Sequence record: MK327930.1
Length of the DNA stretch: 64,000 nt
Strand: one strand, 5' to 3'
DNA from: Escherichia phage EdH4
Shown here: piece by piece, positions 34,319-43,268 of the stretch
Position numbering within the stretch: the first letter of the stretch is position 1
Layout: every line of letters starts with the position of its first letter
Position numbers and translations under genes: made by a program
Notes under the pieces: generated by a model
What the model saw: only the letters and a program-made list of their open reading frames with translations
What the model was told of the DNA's origin: nothing
Databases searched by the model: none

Positions 34319-35503
34319 TTAAGCTTTAGCCAAAATGGCGCTAAACTCTTCACCAAACTCTTTTACAATCTTCATCAGGTTTGGGTATGCTTTGATCAGC
34401 TGAGCAACAATCTTGTCACGCCCTTTACCGATAAGCAAGGCATTTCCTAAGGCATTAGGTTTCATCATCGCCATAAAGACTGAGAATACAAAATCTCGGT
34501 TCTCGTCCTTGAAGTTTTCCCAAAGGAAATCGAGGAAGTTTGCCACGCAGCTGACAAGATCTTCGTCTGAGATACTTGCATTTTCCATCATATTGCGAAT
34601 AGCGATACAACCTTCAGATCCAAGAATCCACAAAATGTCTGGCTGCTTAGGACCTACGTATTCTTTGCAGCCACCTGCCATAATCCGACCGATTTCCGGT
34701 AAATTACGTTTCTTGGTGTGGTAAGTCCAGATCTCTACCGCTGCAGTGTGACCAATAGCACCTTGTAGAAGAACACGGGCCATAGCGTCAGAAATAATAC
34801 CGCTGTCAAAATCGTGCAAGATGTCAGATGCAGCAACCCAAGATCGTGGTGTGGCAAAAGATGGACAATTAATCTCAGCCATAGCCTCATAATTATCAAT
34901 AGCTGATGGAACTCTTTTCAGATACCCAATTACAGAGGAGTGAACCCCGTTGAGGAATGCGTAGTCCTCAATAAACACCTCTGCATTGCTTGTAACCTCT
35001 ACAATGATAAAACGGTTAGCCAGAGGGGCTTCGAGCGCCGAAAGAACCGCACCATCTGTAGAACGGTTACCCGCAGCCACAAAAACAGAACCCTTAGGGA
35101 ATGCATAGGTGCCGCACTTGTGGTCAAGCATAATTTGCATTGCAACCTTTTGCAGGTAGTTATCTGCATGAGTGAGCTCATCCAGAAAGATAATTCCGCT
35201 CCAGTCAGGATCCGCAGGCCAAAATTCTGGAATTGCAAACACTGTACGTGTAGTTCCATCCGCTTCTACAGGGATAGGTAGCCCAGATAAGTCGGCAGGA
35301 TCTTTATCTGACAGTCGCACGTCAACAAGGTTGTCATCTCGCTCACCGAACATATTATCAGCGATCTGCTTCATCACCTGGCTTTTACCCACACCCATTG
35401 GTCCCAAAATTAGGACAGATCGGCTATGACGTTGGGCAAACTGAATAATAGCTGGCAACTCACGGACAGTGATTTGACCACTTTCGAATACGTTTCTTGA
35501 CAT
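34319..35503 (-). CDS. MoxR-like AAA+ ATPase
   Basis: Walker A GPMGVGKS; Walker B IIFLDELTHA. Confidence 0.75.
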   Translation of the reverse strand: MSRNVFESGQITVRELPAIIQFAQRHSRSVLILGPMGVGKSQVMKQIADNMFGERDDNLVDVRLSDKDPADLSGLPIPVEADGTTRTVFAIPEFWPADPDWSGIIFLDELTHADNYLQKVAMQIMLDHKCGTYAFPKGSVFVAAGNRSTDGAVLSALEAPLANRFIIVEVTSNAEVFIEDYAFLNGVHSSVIGYLKRVPSAIDNYEAMAEINCPSFATPRSWVAASDILHDFDSGIISDAMARVLLQGAIGHTAAVEIWTYHTKKRNLPEIGRIMAGGCKEYVGPKQPDILWILGSEGCIAIRNMMENASISDEDLVSCVANFLDFLWENFKDENRDFVFSVFMAMMKPNALGNALLIGKGRDKIVAQLIKAYPNLMKIVKEFGEEFSAILAKA

Positions 35504-35772
35504 TAGTAAAAGTCCTCTACTTGTGTGTAAGTGTTTTCAAAGTTTTCCAAAACAGATATCACATCGAATCTGTCAATATCATACGTGACTCTCCAGTTGT
35601 ACGCAACCCTTTCTGCTGTTGCCTCTTCTGGCGCTAGTCGTCTGCTGGCATAAAAGAGTGTTGGAGTACACTTTCTTGCTTGCCCTCTAACTTTCCCATA
35701 ATAATATCTGTGAATATCTTTGTCAAAATTTAACTCTTTTTCTGCACGAAGTTCATATTGCTGGTATAACAT
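35503..35772 (-). CDS. Hypothetical protein
   Basis: 89-aa ORF. Confidence 0.5.
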   Translation of the reverse strand: MLYQQYELRAEKELNFDKDIHRYYYGKVRGQARKCTPTLFYASRRLAPEEATAERVAYNWRVTYDIDRFDVISVLENFENTYTQVEDFY

Positions 35773-35816
35773 CTCTACTACTCCTTAAGCGGCATCCTTG
35801 CCGCCATTCCTGCCCA

Positions 35817-36197
35817 CTAAAATGCAGTCCGAATCCAGACAAGGTTCTTATCTGCCCAATCATAGAGGCAAGTCATTGCACTATTGAATTGCTCACACGG
35901 AGGATAATCTTCTTCCATCTGGCGCATAGCAGAGCCTTGTGGGTAAAGCTCCCGTGCTGCAAACCACGCATCGTAGTCATCCACGGTATCGAAGTAGTAT
36001 ACAACATCCTCCAACTCAGGATCGAACTTTGAACTATCAGGATCCAGTTGTTCAGGGAACTTGGAGCGTAACTTGCCAGCCACAATACTTGCCAACTCGC
36101 TAACATGCTTATTGTCCCACTCCACTAGCTTCCCGTCTTCAGTGATGCGTCCTAACCACTGATCATGAAGGTCAACTGTTGTCTTCCACTGAGCCAT
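35817..36197 (-). CDS. Hypothetical protein
   Basis: 126-aa ORF. Confidence 0.55.
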   Translation of the reverse strand: MAQWKTTVDLHDQWLGRITEDGKLVEWDNKHVSELASIVAGKLRSKFPEQLDPDSSKFDPELEDVVYYFDTVDDYDAWFAARELYPQGSAMRQMEEDYPPCEQFNSAMTCLYDWADKNLVWIRTAF

Positions 36198-36199
36198 TA

Positions 36200-36457
36200 T
36201 CAGTCCACCTCTTCTTCTCGTTGTAGTTCAAGATACCCGTAGGTCTGGACATCTTGAAGGGTGTGGAACTCCCCCTCTGCCGCTAAGGCACGAACAACTT
36301 GGCACAAAACCTTATGAGGAACTTCATCCAAACCTAGATTCAGTGCAGGAAACACCTTATCTAAGTCAACAAAATAAACGAACTGTAGCTCACCAGCTTC
36401 AAAAGGTGTATCTTCAATAAACATCTTCTCGGCATTAGTCAAGATCTGCACTTTCAT
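36200..36457 (-). CDS. Hypothetical protein
   Basis: 85-aa ORF. Confidence 0.5.
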   Translation of the reverse strand: MKVQILTNAEKMFIEDTPFEAGELQFVYFVDLDKVFPALNLGLDEVPHKVLCQVVRALAAEGEFHTLQDVQTYGYLELQREEEVD

Positions 36458-36813
36458 TATTCTACCTCCTCTTCTTTTTCTTCGGCATTAGTTTCATGGC
36501 TACTCCACTCGGGAGTTTCCACCTCGATAGTAAACTCACGCACTACACGGTAATTGCCCATGAAGCGCTCTACTTCGTCAAGGCTTATGGAGAGGCCATT
36601 GGCAACCAGGTCTGCAGCACCCTCTTCTACCAGGTAGTCCAGATTGGCTTCCAGAGCCTCAGGTTCAAACCCTGTCAATGCAATAAGATAACCTTCCCCT
36701 TCATCAGGGAGGACAATACAGCCCAATTGATTTTCTTTAAAAAGGCAGTGACCATCATTATTGATTGGGTGTTCATTGCAGTAAATAGCTGCACGATAAG
36801 TAACTTTAGACAT
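36457..36813 (-). CDS. Hypothetical acidic protein (start trimmed to MSKVTYRA...)
   Basis: RBS TAAGGAGA 8 nt before the ATG; the track's first 7 codons translate the RBS. Confidence 0.55.
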   Translation of the reverse strand: MSKVTYRAAIYCNEHPINNDGHCLFKENQLGCIVLPDEGEGYLIALTGFEPEALEANLDYLVEEGAADLVANGLSISLDEVERFMGNYRVVREFTIEVETPEWSSHETNAEEKEEEVE

Positions 36814-36819
36814 CGGTAA
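36790..36819 (-). repeat. 29-bp inverted repeat, copy 1 (covers start codon and first 7 codons)
   Basis: taccgatgtctaaagttacttatcgtgca; exact copy on the plus strand at 38651-38680. Confidence 0.8.
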
Positions 36820-36826
36820 GGTCTCC

Positions 36827-37105
36827 TTAGGCAATTGTCATTTTACATTCTTGAAATTTTAACACAAGACGGTGATTGTGTCTAGTGTCTAAAAATATTT
36901 TTTCAACCATCAGGCACACGGTATAACCGTCCATCTTGTTGACAACAAAATCTCCAGGATGAGGGAGGATGTCTCCCGGATTGGGGAAACATAGTCCACT
37001 CAGAAAGGCATCGTCAGTGGTGGACTTAATAGATTTCCACACACTGTCTGCCTGAACATGTTCACCGACGTAATATACATTACCACACGCCTTCATCATA
37101 GTCAA
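36827..37105 (-). CDS. Hypothetical protein
   Basis: 92-aa ORF. Confidence 0.5.
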   Translation of the reverse strand: MTMMKACGNVYYVGEHVQADSVWKSIKSTTDDAFLSGLCFPNPGDILPHPGDFVVNKMDGYTVCLMVEKIFLDTRHNHRLVLKFQECKMTIA

Positions 37106-38001
37106 ACCCTCGCATAAATTAAACTTGTATCAGTATACTTCTTTAATGGGTAAATATCCTGTCCATAGATGCAATCATTAAACACCTCATCTACCCAAAG
37201 GCTACACTTATATCCCATCATTTCTAAAACACCCATCTCTTCTTCGGTAAACTTATCACCGCTCTTGCAAGATGTCAATACCTCATTCTGAACTCTTGCT
37301 ACCTCGAAGCGGTTATTGGCAATATCGCTATTGGCGATCAAATACTCACCTAGAGGGTGTGCGGCATTAAAGATGCACAGTGGACGGCTGACGTAATAGT
37401 CTCCAGGTGTATAAAAATTGTTGAGGTCTTTCACTAGAACATTCTTATCAGTCACTTCATTTATAACATCATGCATATCGCACATCTTTATATGTTTGAG
37501 GATTCCATCCCCCATCACAAAATAAAAACTTGCTGAGACACTTTCGGCATAGATCCTACTAGATCCGTTGTAGTTGTATTTTACTCGGATGCTAACGGGG
37601 GTTTTTCCTGTCGCGTTAGCCATCATCCAAAGAAATGGCAGCTCATACTTCTCCTCTGAGGAAACAAAAGGTGAGGTAGCCAGAGATCGAAAACCTCCAG
37701 AGAAGTTGAAAGTTACAGAACCGCTCCGGCGGTATGATACCGCGTATTCTACTTTTATATCGACATACCCATTGGAATAGGTGTGTCCTTCATTATCTAA
37801 ATATGTCCACTTATCAGACCCAGATACCAATCTACGCTCAATAACCTTCATCACTATAGGAATTAATGGGTTGGTACAAACCGCTTTTGAAGTAGCTTTA
37901 TCATCTAAAGCCTCGTAAATTGCAGAAAGGATGTCCCCAGCTGAAAGATTGGTTGTTATGTCCTGTTTCCACCGCGTACTAAAACTGTTAAGATTTGCCA
38001 T
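37102..38001 (-). CDS. Hypothetical protein
   Basis: 299-aa ORF, first gene of the minus-strand operon. Confidence 0.6.
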   Translation of the reverse strand: MANLNSFSTRWKQDITTNLSAGDILSAIYEALDDKATSKAVCTNPLIPIVMKVIERRLVSGSDKWTYLDNEGHTYSNGYVDIKVEYAVSYRRSGSVTFNFSGGFRSLATSPFVSSEEKYELPFLWMMANATGKTPVSIRVKYNYNGSSRIYAESVSASFYFVMGDGILKHIKMCDMHDVINEVTDKNVLVKDLNNFYTPGDYYVSRPLCIFNAAHPLGEYLIANSDIANNRFEVARVQNEVLTSCKSGDKFTEEEMGVLEMMGYKCSLWVDEVFNDCIYGQDIYPLKKYTDTSLIYARV

Positions 38002-38083
38002 AAGTAAGTGCTCCTATGTTAGTTTTCTTTCGAATGGGTGCACTATATTGTGGAGTTAGAGTAAAGTCAACACGTTTTTGATG

Positions 38084-38112
38084 TTGACATCTGTTGAGAC
38101 AATTGATACGAT
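38084..38112 (+). promoter_or_regulatory. Sigma70-like promoter TTGACA-N17-TACGAT for the plus-strand cluster
   Basis: The track's TTG/ATG start at 38078 lies inside this promoter. Confidence 0.5.
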
Positions 38113-38143
38113 TTCTTCACTTACAGAGCACGAGAGACGACTC

Positions 38144-39121
38144 ATGAATCTTGAAAAATATTATACACCAGAAGAGTTAGAGCGCTTGCTCAAAAAATAT
38201 AGACGCAAACAGAATAACGCACGGAAACGAGATATAGAGTTCGACCTGTCATGGGAAGAATACCTCCTATTTGGTAAAAAACTTTTAGGAGATGGAGTAT
38301 GCGACTATACCCTTATACCTTTTGACATGCACACAGATGAAAACGGGCTGGGGAATCCTTTCTACCCATCTCTGGAGCGGATAGATGATGAAGGTCCTTA
38401 TGCGGTTGATAACTGTTGTGTGGTGGGATTGAGATGCAACTCTCTAAAGGACTGTCTGGTAGATAAAAAGACTGCAGTCTTGATTAAAGACGAAACTGAT
38501 CGAAAAATTGTCCAGCAGATGATGCTCCACCTGAGCGAAGAGCGTATGGAGAAATTGAAAGGTGATTATACTTTTGAAGATTTCATCTTGCAATATGGAA
38601 CGGAAGAGGATAAACTAGCACTCTTTGACGAAGAAGAGGAGGAAGATATGCTACCGATGTCTAAAGTTACTTATCGTGCACCCAAGAAGCACATTTCCGA
38701 CATTGTAAACGAGCCTATCACAGAAGAGATTGAAGAAATGACGCAACAGGTGCATGAAGAGGAAAAAGAGACTCAGGAGGTCGAAGAGGAGCTTACAGAA
38801 GAGGTTCCTCCACTACCTGATGATGTTGAGATTGCCAAAGCTTACACTTTCTATTGTCAAACGTTCTACGATGTAGGTATGAAAGTTGATCTGTCGTTCA
38901 GCCAATTTAAGAGTTCGTATATTCGCAAATGCTGTGCTTTAACTGGTGAACGTCTTGGAGCTGGACTTAAACCCCTGTTGGTGACCGACTGGAATAAAGG
39001 TTTCACTAAAGGAAACTTTATGGTAGTATCTCCAATTATGGAGAAAGCTATGACAGATCTTATGAAGACCACCCGCATGACAATGACCGAGTTGGCAGGT
39101 ATTTTCAAACACGTTAAATAA
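38144..39121 (+). CDS. Hypothetical protein with Cys-rich N-terminal half and acidic C-terminal half
   Basis: Start trimmed to the ATG downstream of the promoter; contains in-frame copy 2 of the 29-bp repeat. Confidence 0.55.
   Translation: MNLEKYYTPEELERLLKKYRRKQNNARKRDIEFDLSWEEYLLFGKKLLGDGVCDYTLIPFDMHTDENGLGNPFYPSLERIDDEGPYAVDNCCVVGLRCNSLKDCLVDKKTAVLIKDETDRKIVQQMMLHLSEERMEKLKGDYTFEDFILQYGTEEDKLALFDEEEEEDMLPMSKVTYRAPKKHISDIVNEPITEEIEEMTQQVHEEEKETQEVEEELTEEVPPLPDDVEIAKAYTFYCQTFYDVGMKVDLSFSQFKSSYIRKCCALTGERLGAGLKPLLVTDWNKGFTKGNFMVVSPIMEKAMTDLMKTTRMTMTELAGIFKHVK
38651..38680 (+). repeat. 29-bp inverted repeat, copy 2 (in-frame LPMSKVTYRA inside CDS 38144..39121)
   Basis: Exact match to the reverse complement of 36790-36819. 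Confidence 0.8.
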
Positions 39122-39154
39122 TGACAGGGGCCAATGGCCCATTCTGGAGTTTTA

Positions 39155-40615
39155 ATGGATAGCAGAAGTTCAGAAATCATTGCCTCACAGAAAGATGATG
39201 CCCTGAGAATGTTGCAGGCTGCACGTATGTATCTCCTTGAAAAGCTGCCGTTTTATGGCACACTACTGTCAGGGTTGCAGTTCGTAGAAAACCACACATG
39301 GTGCTCCACCATGGCAACCGACCATAAACGCATCTACTACAGCCCTGAGTTCATTATGGGGTTGGCGGATGAGCGTAAAACCATTCTTAAAGCATCTCTG
39401 ACTGACAAGCAGTTTGAGATGGCTGAGGTTTTCTATTCCCCAAAATCTGTGAAAGAGGTGGCCTTTCTTCTGTCACATGAGGTGGGGCATATTATCTGTG
39501 ATCATCTGGTCCGTGGTAAAAGCTTTGAGCCGGAACTGTTCAATATTGCTTGTGATCACGTTATCAACACAGGTCTTGTGGTTGACTTTAGCAAGCCTCC
39601 TTGTGTTTTCTTCCCAAAGGGGAAAAGCACTGAGTTCGTAAAAGGTAAGCCTTTTGGCTTCTTAGCTAGTTGCTACTGCGACATGAAGTTTCATGGATGG
39701 ATTGCTGAGAACGTCTATGCAGTTCTTGATAAGCAAAGAGATCAGAATAACGGTAAAAGTAAGAGCGGCAAAGGTGAGAATTCTCAAGGAGATAAGCGAC
39801 AAACCGATGATCACATGAGCGGCAACGGTGGCACCAGCGATGATCTTGGAAAGGCTATGGGGTATGATCAGCCACAACCTGTAATCAGCCAATCTGATAA
39901 AGATCAGGCCATGCAGGACTCTGGTGATATGCTGGAGGCAGCAATGCAAGCGTCCGGAGGCCGTTGCCCTGAGGCGGTGCGTGAGTTTGTCAAGAACAGA
40001 GGTAAGCCTGTAATCAACTATATAGACATCATTAAGCAACGTATGTTGTCTAAAAGAAAGGCCGAACTGACCTACAGAAAACCTGGTCGCCGATCTGGGT
40101 CTTTGACCAGCACAATGCGAAAAGTTGGGGCTATAAACAAGAACCAGCACGTTATTGTTCCTGGTCGTAATCCGGAAAACACTATAGATATTGTGGTGGC
40201 TTTAGACGTTTCTGGCTCGATCTCTCAAAGAACTTTAAAGAAAATGTTCAATGAAATCACCGGATTGTGCAATCTGTATAAAGAGTTTAAGGTTACAATG
40301 TTCTGTTGGTCAACTGAGGTTGGAGAGGTTAAAGTATACACTCGCGGCAACATAGACGAGATGGTCAACTATGAGGTCCACTCAACATGGGGCACAACAG
40401 CTGCTTGCGTGTTCGAGTATCTGGATGCCAACATACCTAATGCAAAAGATGTCATCGTCCTGACCGACCTATACTTTGAGCATAACTTTGAACAAAAGGT
40501 TGTTGACAACAAGTGGAAAAAGTACGATACTCTATGGGTCCTCACTGAGGGGTATAATAAAAATTATATCCCGAGCTTTGGGAAAACTGTGGAATTAATC
40601 GAGTACGCTAAGTAA
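39155..40615 (+). CDS. Zinc metallopeptidase-like plus von Willebrand factor A domain protein
   Basis: HExxH in LLSHEVGHIICDH; VWA MIDAS motif VVALDVSGS; start trimmed to the ATG with a GGAG RBS. Confidence 0.7.
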   Translation: MDSRSSEIIASQKDDALRMLQAARMYLLEKLPFYGTLLSGLQFVENHTWCSTMATDHKRIYYSPEFIMGLADERKTILKASLTDKQFEMAEVFYSPKSVKEVAFLLSHEVGHIICDHLVRGKSFEPELFNIACDHVINTGLVVDFSKPPCVFFPKGKSTEFVKGKPFGFLASCYCDMKFHGWIAENVYAVLDKQRDQNNGKSKSGKGENSQGDKRQTDDHMSGNGGTSDDLGKAMGYDQPQPVISQSDKDQAMQDSGDMLEAAMQASGGRCPEAVREFVKNRGKPVINYIDIIKQRMLSKRKAELTYRKPGRRSGSLTSTMRKVGAINKNQHVIVPGRNPENTIDIVVALDVSGSISQRTLKKMFNEITGLCNLYKEFKVTMFCWSTEVGEVKVYTRGNIDEMVNYEVHSTWGTTAACVFEYLDANIPNAKDVIVLTDLYFEHNFEQKVVDNKWKKYDTLWVLTEGYNKNYIPSFGKTVELIEYAK

Positions 40616-40630
40616 GAGAGGAGGTTATTT

Positions 40631-40894
40631 ATGGCAACAGAGTTAAAATTTGCATCAAACCGTAAAACTAAGAAGTATCTGTCCTCAGTAGCTCCAGGCA
40701 CTGTGGTGATGTTTGTTGATGAACTTGGGGATGTGAATACAGCACTTGTTGTAAAATCACATCCTGCAAACATATATGTTGGGGTATTTGACCTGTTCAG
40801 AAAGGTGTTTGTAGAACTGCCTCACAGTTTGGTTGTTACAGAAATGGATGCCTGCATAGAAATTCTTGGCGAAGTTATGGTGGAGGAACAATAA
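40631..40894 (+). CDS. Small protein, tandem paralogue family 3 (member 1 of 4)
   Basis: 87 aa; shares the pattern K..F..G.VV...D...V.K.....VF.L..........VTE.D..I.ILGE with the next three genes. Confidence 0.6.
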   Translation: MATELKFASNRKTKKYLSSVAPGTVVMFVDELGDVNTALVVKSHPANIYVGVFDLFRKVFVELPHSLVVTEMDACIEILGEVMVEEQ

Positions 40895-41157
40895 TGGCTA
40901 CCAGCATTGTATTCAATTCTAAGGTGAAGAACAAAAAGCGTGCAGACAGTTTTCCGTGTGGGACCGTGGTAAGTTGCGACGGAGACGGCATTCAAAACAT
41001 AGTTATGATTGTCAAAACAGGAGAACATTGTGTGTGGGGGTTCGATTTAGAAAATAATGAGTTGTACGATCTGCCGCCAAACATGAAAGTTACAGAGCTT
41101 GACACCAAAATTACCATCCTTGGAGAGACAAGCTATTCAAAAGAAGGAGGAGAATAA
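40894..41157 (+). CDS. Small protein, tandem paralogue family 3 (member 2)
   Basis: 87 aa; TAATG overlap with the previous gene. Confidence 0.6.
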   Translation: MATSIVFNSKVKNKKRADSFPCGTVVSCDGDGIQNIVMIVKTGEHCVWGFDLENNELYDLPPNMKVTELDTKITILGETSYSKEGGE

Positions 41158-41420
41158 TGACCACAAAAATCACTATCGCAGAACCGAAAGCTAACACTCA
41201 GCCTATCGAAAAGTTTAAGTGCGGTGAGGTGGTAACATTCACACCAGATAATGAAGATGCTAAGATTTTCGCAATGGTCACAGCTGAGTGGATGTGTGAC
41301 AACACCACACAGGTTCTGCGTTTTGACACCTACCTTACAGATGAAATCAGGAACGATAAGATCGTGACTGGTGTAGATACTGAAATTATTTTCTACAAGA
41401 GCTTTTTAGAGGGTTTCTAA
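41157..41420 (+). CDS. Small protein, tandem paralogue family 3 (member 3)
   Basis: 87 aa; TAATG overlap with the previous gene. Confidence 0.6.
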   Translation: MTTKITIAEPKANTQPIEKFKCGEVVTFTPDNEDAKIFAMVTAEWMCDNTTQVLRFDTYLTDEIRNDKIVTGVDTEIIFYKSFLEGF

Positions 41421-41421
41421 T

Positions 41422-41658
41422 ATGGCGAAAATTCGTAAATTATCCAACAATCAGGTTGTTAAAGATTTTGAACCCGGGGAGATTCTGTATGTTCGTGATG
41501 CAGATGACGAAGGAGAAGATCTTGTTATGCTGCTAGGACACGCTGCTGAGGACGGATGCATCCAGGCTGTTTTTCTTGAAACAGCTATGGTGCACTGGAT
41601 AGAGCTGGACATGAAAGCACGAAAACCTAAAGCAGAAATCCTGATTTACGAAGATTAA
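41422..41658 (+). CDS. Small protein, tandem paralogue family 3 (member 4, divergent)
   Basis: 78 aa; conserved FEPGEILYV...VFLETAMVHWIELD. Confidence 0.55.
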   Translation: MAKIRKLSNNQVVKDFEPGEILYVRDADDEGEDLVMLLGHAAEDGCIQAVFLETAMVHWIELDMKARKPKAEILIYED

Positions 41659-41674
41659 CAAAAAGGAGAGAGCC

Positions 41675-42124
41675 GTGTTGAGCAAACGTGAATGCGACAG
41701 CATTAGCCTGAATTCTTATAAGAAACAATGGTTTGGGGTAGAAGTTTGCCGACTGCGGCTAGGCTCCTACCTGAACTTCGTTTATTACGAGAGCGACAGT
41801 CGTATCGTTTCTTATGAAGTGTTCTACACTAAGAACACATTCGAACTGCGCCGTAAAGTAGAGGGAGGGAGAACTACCACCCAGAATAATTGGGAAACTA
41901 TTCTGCCTCCAGATGTTATAGGAAGTCCCCTGAATGTATCTGAAGATGAAAATCTTATGGTTCATGCTATGATGGGACTTGACAGCTTAGAGCTGGCGAT
42001 CTATGATATGTCCATCGAAGCAGTTAAGCTGGACTACATCGAAAACACTTTAGAGGAAGGTATCAAGAAGTTTCTCAGTGAGAAATTAAAAGATCACTTT
42101 CATAAGGAGCTATACCTGTTATGA
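41675..42124 (+). CDS. Hypothetical protein
   Basis: GTG start with an AGGAGAG RBS; 149 aa. Confidence 0.55.
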   Translation: MLSKRECDSISLNSYKKQWFGVEVCRLRLGSYLNFVYYESDSRIVSYEVFYTKNTFELRRKVEGGRTTTQNNWETILPPDVIGSPLNVSEDENLMVHAMMGLDSLELAIYDMSIEAVKLDYIENTLEEGIKKFLSEKLKDHFHKELYLL

Positions 42125-42366
42125 AGACCCGTAAAGAACGTAACAAAATTTTACCTGGAGCTCTCGAACACCTGATGAAGTGCAGATCTATTTGGCACTC
42201 TGCCAAGGAAGGGCAGAAGGTGGTTGTGGTTAGTGACAATACCAACCCGTTTGGAGATTATACCACCATGATGGCCCCATATGTCCGTGATGGCGTTGTA
42301 GAAGTGGTCCCTTACAACGGTTTGCATGAACGGCACTTTGAAAGCACTTTGCTAGTGGAGCTATAG
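42121..42366 (+). CDS. Hypothetical protein
   Basis: 81-aa ORF, overlapping stop/start. Confidence 0.5.
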   Translation: MKTRKERNKILPGALEHLMKCRSIWHSAKEGQKVVVVSDNTNPFGDYTTMMAPYVRDGVVEVVPYNGLHERHFESTLLVEL

Positions 42367-42368
42367 TC

Positions 42369-42935
42369 ATGGCGGTCAATGTGGCTTACAACACAGGAAA
42401 GCTTGACAGAGACATTGGGTGTCTTGTCCTTTCAGATACAGAAGAGTATTGGGGTTATGGGTTGCTGTCAGACCCACACCCGAGCAACCTTGTATCAACA
42501 GTGCTATACCGCTACGACCCTGTGCCAACGGTACACGACAAAGACATTCACGACCTTCGGATCAAGTGTCTGGAAGATCTGCTGAACAATGGTTGCAACG
42601 ATCTGCGGGTAGCCAAGGAGAAGCTTACAAACATTCACAAAGAGGAAGTGATGAGTACCCTCAGTAAAAGATCAGTGCACAAAAAGATGATGCTGATCTT
42701 TGCAATGGGTATCTACATGGATGGGTATAAGGGAGGGGATCCGATCCTCAAGCTTCGCTGCCCGACACTGTGGGAAAGAGTGGTTGACAGTAAGGACGGG
42801 ACTGCCCTGCTCGAACTCCACACTGCAGGTTGGATTTGGCGGTATGTAGACGGATACCCTCTGTGGGCATGTGGACCTGGGGAATTTGTTGACAGACCTA
42901 GCGCGGTGGTGGACTTACTATTGCAGTTTGAATAA
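42369..42935 (+). CDS. Hypothetical protein
   Basis: 188-aa ORF. Confidence 0.55.
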   Translation: MAVNVAYNTGKLDRDIGCLVLSDTEEYWGYGLLSDPHPSNLVSTVLYRYDPVPTVHDKDIHDLRIKCLEDLLNNGCNDLRVAKEKLTNIHKEEVMSTLSKRSVHKKMMLIFAMGIYMDGYKGGDPILKLRCPTLWERVVDSKDGTALLELHTAGWIWRYVDGYPLWACGPGEFVDRPSAVVDLLLQFE

Positions 42936-42992
42936 AAAGGTGAGTTATAAGGTATTCATACACCTACCAACAATACAACAGGAGAGACTAAG

Positions 42993-43268
42993 ATGACGAA
43001 AGAAGAGGCCGACGTATTAGATTTTGCACTAGAGGCTACGCAGGAGGCTTTGGTGTTAGCTTGGAAAATGAACCAGCGTGCTGCAGAATGCAACCGCCGC
43101 ATCAATGAGATCTTGGGCATGTCTATGTATGATTTCACCATGCATGCAGGAGAGATTCCTGAATTAACTGCCGAGATGAATGATCTTGACGATAAAATTA
43201 ATATCATTCTGAAGACAGCAGAAACAACTCACCAAACCGCCCGTAAATTTATCAACGAGAAGGTGTGA
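42993..43268 (+). CDS. Hypothetical protein
   Basis: 91-aa ORF. Confidence 0.5.
   Translation: MTKEEADVLDFALEATQEALVLAWKMNQRAAECNRRINEILGMSMYDFTMHAGEIPELTAEMNDLDDKINIILKTAETTHQTARKFINEKV

Noticed and set aside
38078-38143. N-terminal extension of ORF 38078..39121
   Set aside because: The first codons overlap the TTGACA-N17-TACGAT promoter; translation more likely starts at 38144.
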